The translations under genes were made by a program, and so were the position numbers. The notes under the pieces were generated by a model that was given only the letters and a program-made list of their open reading frames with translations, was not told the origin of the DNA and did not search any database. This document shows, in pieces, positions 61,597-64,000 of a stretch of 64,000 nucleotides of DNA; position 1 is the first letter of the stretch, and every line of letters starts with the position of its first letter. The DNA is from Neophaeotheca triangularis. Lineage: Eukaryota. The DNA lies in assembly GCA_054600435.1 (NCBI GenBank), contig BAAIJX010000005.1, positions 496,001 through 560,000 on the forward strand, given 5' to 3'.

Positions 61597-62862
61597 ATGG
61601 AAACTCAGAAGAGGCCAAAAGAACGCGCGCCGGATTACCCTGCGCAATCGGTATCGCAATCGAACGAAGTCTTCGCCTTCACTCAAGAATCCCACCATCA
61701 AAGCGAAAACGTCTCCAACATCGCTTGCCTGATGAATCCTCTGGCACAGCCCACCACCCGCTGCATACTCGTCGCCAAATCCGCGCAGGCTCGCAAAAAG
61801 CGACTCCGACTCTTAGACCTGCCTCAAGAGCTACTGGACACGATACTGGAATTTGCCTACCCCGGTGCCCCCGAGGGAAGGGTTGTCTCTTTATGGAGAT
61901 ACTTACGCCGGCCTGGACACGTGGCGACGGCTGATTGGATTAAACGCGAGCCGTTTACTCACAAGGTCAACGACTTCCTCGTCTCCAAACGCTTCTTCTA
62001 TTGCGCAGCGAGAGCTTACCTCGGAAGCTGTATCGCGCAAGGTGCATGCCGTATCATGTGTAAGGGACTGCTCATCTCTGCTTTCGCACGGCACTTGACT
62101 CTCGAAGGGGGGACATGTAGTGCGCTCGAGGGCTTCCAACGACTCCAAAGTCTGACGTTGCAGTTCACCACACGAATTCTTCTGCCATTTCCAGGTTTCG
62201 AGTTTGCAGGAGCTACTGCGAGGTTTCAGGCGTGCTTACGGTCACATGACGGGATTCGGAGTCAACAAGAGATGGAAGAAGGACATCATCATGGTGTGTC
62301 GGGCGTTTTGAGGCTACGCGGCGTCCCAAAAGTCAAATTCGTCTGGGCCGATTGCCAATACTGCAGCCGTAAGGTCGGAGGTAACAAGGACAGTTGCATG
62401 GCCAACCGAGCAACTTTCGAAGAGCTCGTTCGAAGCCGCATCACACAGCCCGCTAGCAACCATATGAGATACGGTGGCACCAAATTTCGGTTTGGTCTTG
62501 CCGACAAACCCGAAGAGATCACGATTGCCGAAGAGGCAGAGGATCCGCTTTATGCAGGTTCTGCTGTCTCCTGGTGCACATCCAAAAGCAATTGCCTCGT
62601 AACAGGACCGGGTCGCAAGCGCAAACTGGCGACGCACCTCGCGAAGCCGGTTTGTGAAGACCCTATCGACGAACTCGTCCTCGGCACGCTTGATCTGCAA
62701 TTGGACGACGCTATGGATTGCGAGGTTTCAAAGCGTGAAGAGGGCAACTCGAAGAGGCAGAGAGTCGGATCGGGCGACTTTCGGGCAAGGGGCCGGAGAC
62801 AATTCAGAGCTCGTACTGCATTCGTACAGCGCAAAGCTACGTTCGTCAAGAAACAATTGTAG
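61597..62862 (+). CDS. F-box-like protein, tandem paralogue 3
   Basis: LLDLPQELLDTILEFAYP, HKVNDFLVSKRFF, WADCQYC..SCMANR and DPLYAGSAVSW. First ATG at 61597. Confidence 0.78.
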   Translation: METQKRPKERAPDYPAQSVSQSNEVFAFTQESHHQSENVSNIACLMNPLAQPTTRCILVAKSAQARKKRLRLLDLPQELLDTILEFAYPGAPEGRVVSLWRYLRRPGHVATADWIKREPFTHKVNDFLVSKRFFYCAARAYLGSCIAQGACRIMCKGLLISAFARHLTLEGGTCSALEGFQRLQSLTLQFTTRILLPFPGFEFAGATARFQACLRSHDGIRSQQEMEEGHHHGVSGVLRLRGVPKVKFVWADCQYCSRKVGGNKDSCMANRATFEELVRSRITQPASNHMRYGGTKFRFGLADKPEEITIAEEAEDPLYAGSAVSWCTSKSNCLVTGPGRKRKLATHLAKPVCEDPIDELVLGTLDLQLDDAMDCEVSKREEGNSKRQRVGSGDFRARGRRQFRARTAFVQRKATFVKKQL

Positions 62863-64000
62863 CGCTTGCCTTCTGCGTTGTGGGTGTAGGATGGATAGAC
62901 TAGGATTCCTGGAGGCGCGTGGGGCGGTGGGGTGGATATCTATTCGACTTAGCTCAGCGGCGAGCGAATAGCGGATGGAAACTCGGGGTCATCACCTGTG
63001 GAGCTCACACATGGTTTTGCAGATGTACAGGAGCGGCGGACAGAGTATAAAAGGAGGAGAGATGCCTGCTCGTATGCGTTCGGGGTTTCGAAGATCTGTC
63101 GCTGGTTGATTGCACCGAGCAAGACTTTTCCGCTCGCAATGATGTGCTCTTGCAGTTATCAAATTATCCCAGTATTCGAATTGGTAATCCTTTCGTTGCA
63201 CAGCGCTCTGCATTCTCTACCACAATGCAGCCAAAAGCCATGCTGCAACTGTAACCCTTTGTGCCAGTGCAGCTCGCCATGTCGTTCGTTGTCTCAGGTG
63301 CGGCAAAGAAAACCTTGGGGTCTCCGGCCAAAGCCCTTTGTCCGAATCTCGTAGCATCAAACATGACTGCTGCCTCGATATGATGACGTCCACGTAAAAG
63401 CTCTTGCGCAGGTCTTTGGGTTCCCAGTGGTCGCTTCTAGGTGTTGAATCGTCCGTTGAAATCGATATGTACCCCCAGATGGCACCGAGTATATTCTTGT
63501 GTTGTTTGCAAAGCACCACCTTGAGCTCTTCTACCTTTTGTATAACCAGTGGACGATATTGATACGAATGCGTGCTCTGTACCATGTTTCCCTGCTGCAT
63601 CCCAGGCGCCGAGTCACTGAGGTCTGCGGACTGGTCGCCCCTCGCCCATCCTCAGCACACCTCACCACGCCTCAAACCCCTCATTATCGTACTTCACCCT
63701 CTCTCCATCGTGCCTCCTTGCCCCGCTCCCGGTACTCTGCGATAAGGGATCCTGGGCAACTATCGCGGGAGGGTGTATTCCGAGTCCCGCTTCCTCCCTA
63801 CCAGATTCACGCGCAACATGACAAGCCGACGCCTTCAACATCTTCAACTTGCATCTAACCATCCAACCTCCTGAACATAACCACAACCACACCCTGCTCT
63901 CCTTCACATCTCCACACCCACCATCGCGCGCTGCTATTCTTCACATAGCGTGAAAAACACGTTTAGTTCAGTCTTCAACATGTATGCATTTTGACACGTC

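Noticed and set aside
63217..63600. 127-aa minus-strand ORF near the window end
   Set aside because: No motif or splice support; cannot be told apart from a chance ORF.

Overview
Gene-dense, intron-containing nuclear DNA from a filamentous ascomycete (Pezizomycotina; Dothideomycete-like is my inference). I reconstructed about 24 protein-coding genes by hand from splice signals and recognisable motifs. In order they are: MPC1 (partial), SmB, RPL11, a CAP/PR-1 protein, RRP9, a conserved hypothetical protein, an RGD2-type F-BAR/DEP/RhoGAP, STT4 PI 4-kinase, an OSCA/CSC1 channel, a three-gene block (dimethylglycine oxidase, Rieske monooxygenase alpha subunit, sarcosine-oxidase-family flavoprotein), telomerase reverse transcriptase (TERT), a degenerate TBC protein, a J-domain protein, EMC2, URA6 with a small in-frame upstream ORF, an AVT3/4 transporter, an SDR, a small Cys/His-rich protein and three tandem F-box-like paralogues. 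The best candidate for a coherent system is the 24.7-33.8 kb block. It can be read as a complete betaine N-demethylation pathway (betaine to dimethylglycine to sarcosine to glycine). Both oxidases end in the peroxisomal signal -ARL, the folate-site Asp of the DMG oxidase is altered, the promoters are GATA-rich, and no Rieske reductase lies in the window. Other notable items are the split or fusable mitochondrial-anchor/URA6 locus, the tandem F-box/CxxC array, a degenerate ~350-bp tandem duplication carrying a conserved hairpin, and a recurrent C-rich to G-rich switch at gene 3' ends. I found no supportable tRNA, rRNA, CRISPR array, transposon or telomerase RNA. All family calls come from motif recognition, not database searches.
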